Under the pieces are notes generated by a model. That model did no database searches, was not told where the DNA came from, and saw only the letters and a list, made by a program, of their open reading frames with translations. From Obrimoposthia wandeli (Eukaryota): a stretch of DNA of 64,000 nt. Both the position numbers and the translations under genes were made by a program. Below are positions 60,392-64,000 of this stretch, piece after piece (the first letter of the stretch is position 1; every line of letters begins with the position of its first letter). The stretch lies in assembly GCA_977020255.1 (NCBI GenBank), contig CDROCS010002621.1:62001-126000 (forward strand), given 5' to 3'.

Positions 60392-63300
60392 TCCCCAATA
60401 CACATTCCCTTAATCTGAATTAATATTTAACTGGGTTCAAACCCACTGAATCATCTTCATAATGCTTAACAGCATTTTAAATAATGCAAATATGTACGAC
60501 GAGTCACTTAAATGTAGATATGACACCGTGGAAGGCAAATTATATCCATTCAATAGGAATACGTGGTCTGATTCACCATTTTCTTGGTTGTATACTTTCT
60601 GTTTGACAGTCCTCCAAAGCCAAAGGTCCAGTGGACTTTCGAAATGAAATATTTAGCATTCGTGTGTGAGCAGCAGTCTGTATCTGTGCAGAAATGTATA
60701 TGGAAGTTATGGAGTGAGCAAAATACAAGAATTATAAAAGATTACACGAGAACTAACTTTTTTTAAACAAATTTTGTCTTGATCCATTTAATAAAAATAA
60801 ATCAAAAAATTGTAGCATCCAATTAAAATTGTTGCTTTCGCTTTTGTAATAATCATATGGATATTAAAATTTTCACGTTTGACCTGCAATGAATGATGCA
60901 TTGAAATTAAACGTAAAATTATCTTAAGCCTAGCCAATCAAAATGATTTCTCGTGTTATTTTGGCGATGCATACTTTACCACAGGCCGTATATCATACAT
61001 GCGCAACGATTTCATGTATAGAGAATTATAATTTTCCCACGCTCTTTCTATAGGATGAATGGATATTTGTTTTCATTTGTGTTCTTGGTATTCTGGGAAA
61101 TAATAAATAGAATTAAAAACTAATAAAATTATGTTTTTCTCAAAGTTAAACAAAATTATATATCTAATATTATGTATTTGCATAAAAGTGACTAAATCTA
61201 AAGGAACGTATTTTGTCATTTGTCAATAATGTTTATACTAATATTTTAAAATGTGTGAAATTTGCAGCAAAATTTAATATGACTTTTATCTAAATTTGAT
61301 AAGGTTTCGGACTATCTTTGTATTCATCAATAATGGTAAATAAGTAAAGTAATGTCTGAATATGTCTATCTATTCCTAAAACTTAAGGCAGCTGATGGAT
61401 AAAACTAATTTGAGTGTGATAAAAATATTTACAACATTTTTAATGAGTCCTGTTTAGTATTGATTACTACAAACAGTTTATTGGGAAAGAATAGCACAAC
61501 ATTCAGATAGAAACATGTACGTCTACTAAATTTAACTGACAGCGAATAAGAAATTTTTATGTATAAAATGAGTCGCAAAATTTACCCAGCTGGGTGTGTT
61601 TTAAGAGGAATTAATCAAAGACAAAAGGGCTTATTTTTTTAACTACAAGTCATGGACAGTACCCCCGAACAGGCCAAAACCCGAGGAACTGAGTAATGAC
61701 CTCTAATGGTCGGCTCACCACACCGCACAGTGAGTAGCAGCTGATTCTAATGATGCTTCTGCTTCTGCTATCGTACACAGCCTACAAGTCAACATCAATT
61801 GGCGCATTAGCATTGATTGGCTGAATGTTCCAACCATATTATTCCGCTAACATACACATTCACGGGCAAAAAGTATAAGCTACAAAGTCAAAAGAGCGTA
61901 TGAATAAAGAGCGAAAAAAAGTTTTTTAAATAAAAATTACATATTTTGTAGCATTAATATCTAATTAAATCTATGATTTATTACTGAAAAGGACTTACTT
62001 GAATTTTTAATTGTTATAAATATTAGTTTGTTTTTTGAGAATTTCTAACTGATCTGCTGCCATCATCGTTACTCCTAAGATGTGTATACAAGCTCATTGC
62101 ATCAGGCTCGAGAAGAACATTTTTTTTGTATTTTTGGGATAGTATTGATTGACAGCTAATGAAGCTTCATTAAATGTTCACTTGTACCAGCACAATTTTG
62201 CAAGTATTTTGATTAAAAAGTTAAAATATTAAACCGTAATGAATTTTGAAAATCACGTTTTAATCTATTAATTCCATGCGTTACCATTGTAGTTAACTCC
62301 GTAGTTAGATATTTTATTATTATATAATTATTTTTGATATAACTGTTGCATATAACTATTGATTTAACAATTCATTGTAATTTTTCATTGAGGCCACCAA
62401 TGTTGTTTATTTTACTTTTATTAGACCAGACTTTCCTCTTGAAATAAGACGATTAGTGACTCTTGCTTAAGTTCATGGGATGACTTCTGCGGCACCGTGG
62501 CACAACAATAAACTATGTGATGCCACAGAATCGTCATGTTATTCTACTCACCGTTGTTTCAACTAAATTCTAGGATAGAACTATCCAAATATCTGGAAGT
62601 TTATACTTATAAATAACAAAGTTTATTGGGATACAGCTGAGCGAGTAGATGGTATAATGAGACAGTATAAATATCTGAGACCCATATCTTTAACCTTGAA
62701 GTTTGATATTAATGAATATTTTAATAACATTTGGCAGGTTCTTTTGTTCATATTTTAGTTTTGTATATTTCTACTTTTCTATGTTAAATTATGTTAAAAT
62801 ATAGCTGATACATTAACCTTAAAATGCAGTAATTTACTAAAAATCGAATAATTAACCTTTTAAACTTTATATTTTTCGCGTTTTTAGACATGCCTTTGGA
62901 GAAAAATTCTGTGACTTTTTGGCCTTTTAAATTTTACTCCTAAAATCAATGACGATGAATTCAAATAGGAATTTTTTTTTGTAGCATCACATGATTTTCG
63001 TTCAGAGGGAAATTAAATACAGACTTAGCCAATTGTTTTAGACAAATGTATTTCTTCAACCGACTCCCAACTAGTTTTAGATAGTATCTTTAAATGATTG
63101 CTGTGTTATAGTGCTACATTATTTTATAGAGTTATAGAACATAAAATGGCATATATCTTATCGAATTATTGAAAACCTATAATAAAAGCTAATCCATTCA
63201 GCATAATATTAAAATAATTTTTGTATTTGATCGATTTATTACTGTTATTTTATAAAAAACAAGCTACTTTATGGTACTTAACAAATGTTTGCTGTTACTT

Positions 63301-64000
63301 ATTTGTGAAGTTTCTGTTGTTGAAATTCACTGACAAATTTTTAAATTTAATTTAATGGGACTTTTCTACAATTGCACCAATCAACTTTCAGATGAAAGAA
63401 AAATAAATTACTTAAAAAATAAAACCTCATTTGTATTCTAAGTTTATTTATATATTATGATAAACATTTAGAGAATGTTTATTCGAAACCTTTTACAAAT
63501 AAATATTCTATTTTATACAATTTTTAATTAAACATTATATCATAGTTTATTAAGGAAATTGCCTCAGTGAGGTCATTTTGACAAATATTCAATGAAGTGA
63601 ATCTTATTTCAATCTGTCAATGGTATTATGATTCAATGTTATATTTAATCAGTGATTATTATAAATTATTTTATCTGAGAAGTGTGATTGTAGAAAAGCA
63701 CCTAATTAATTTCTCTACTTTTGAAACTAACTTATTGTAATAAGAAAGAAAATTATTTAAATTGTATTAAAAATTTCTTTACGTTAAATTATATTATTGT
63801 ACAATTCTATTAAAATTTATAATTATTGTTTGAATGTTCTAAAAGAATGCAAATATAAGTAGGTGTATATGATGGTTCCGGGCCAGTACTCCAATCCCCC
63901 CGATGACTCACACATCAATCAATATCATTGTTACATATATCATGATGAGTCTCTAAGTTTACTTGTATTTGCATTATTACATAATGTCACTATTCAACTA

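Overview
AT-rich animal (metazoan) genomic DNA with GC-richer exons; the species cannot be identified from the sequence. It holds two spliced host genes on the + strand: the 3' part of STK36/fused (14 exons, 234-16182, C-terminal ARM/HEAT region) and a complete ADAM10/kuzbanian (10 coding exons, 42147-60391, about 905 aa, one GC-AG intron). Between them (about 20.1-41 kb) is a nested cluster of decayed Ty3/Gypsy LTR retroelements of unusual design. The better-preserved copy (A, about 22.6-37.9 kb) reads gag (CCHC knuckles), internal signal peptide, chuvirus-like glycoprotein with TM anchor, protease-RT-RNaseH-integrase, and an in-frame second signal peptide plus FN3-like membrane protein. It then carries a coiled-coil ORF and a REX4/ISG20-like DEDDh exonuclease, and ends in an LTR containing a complete antisense type I hammerhead ribozyme. 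A more diverged relative (B) flanks A and keeps the same accessory cassette; both copies are interrupted by related solo LTRs of a third family. Introns hold remnants of a LINE, Tc1/mariner, hAT and MITE elements plus tandem repeats. Protein family calls come from motif recognition by eye, not from database searches.
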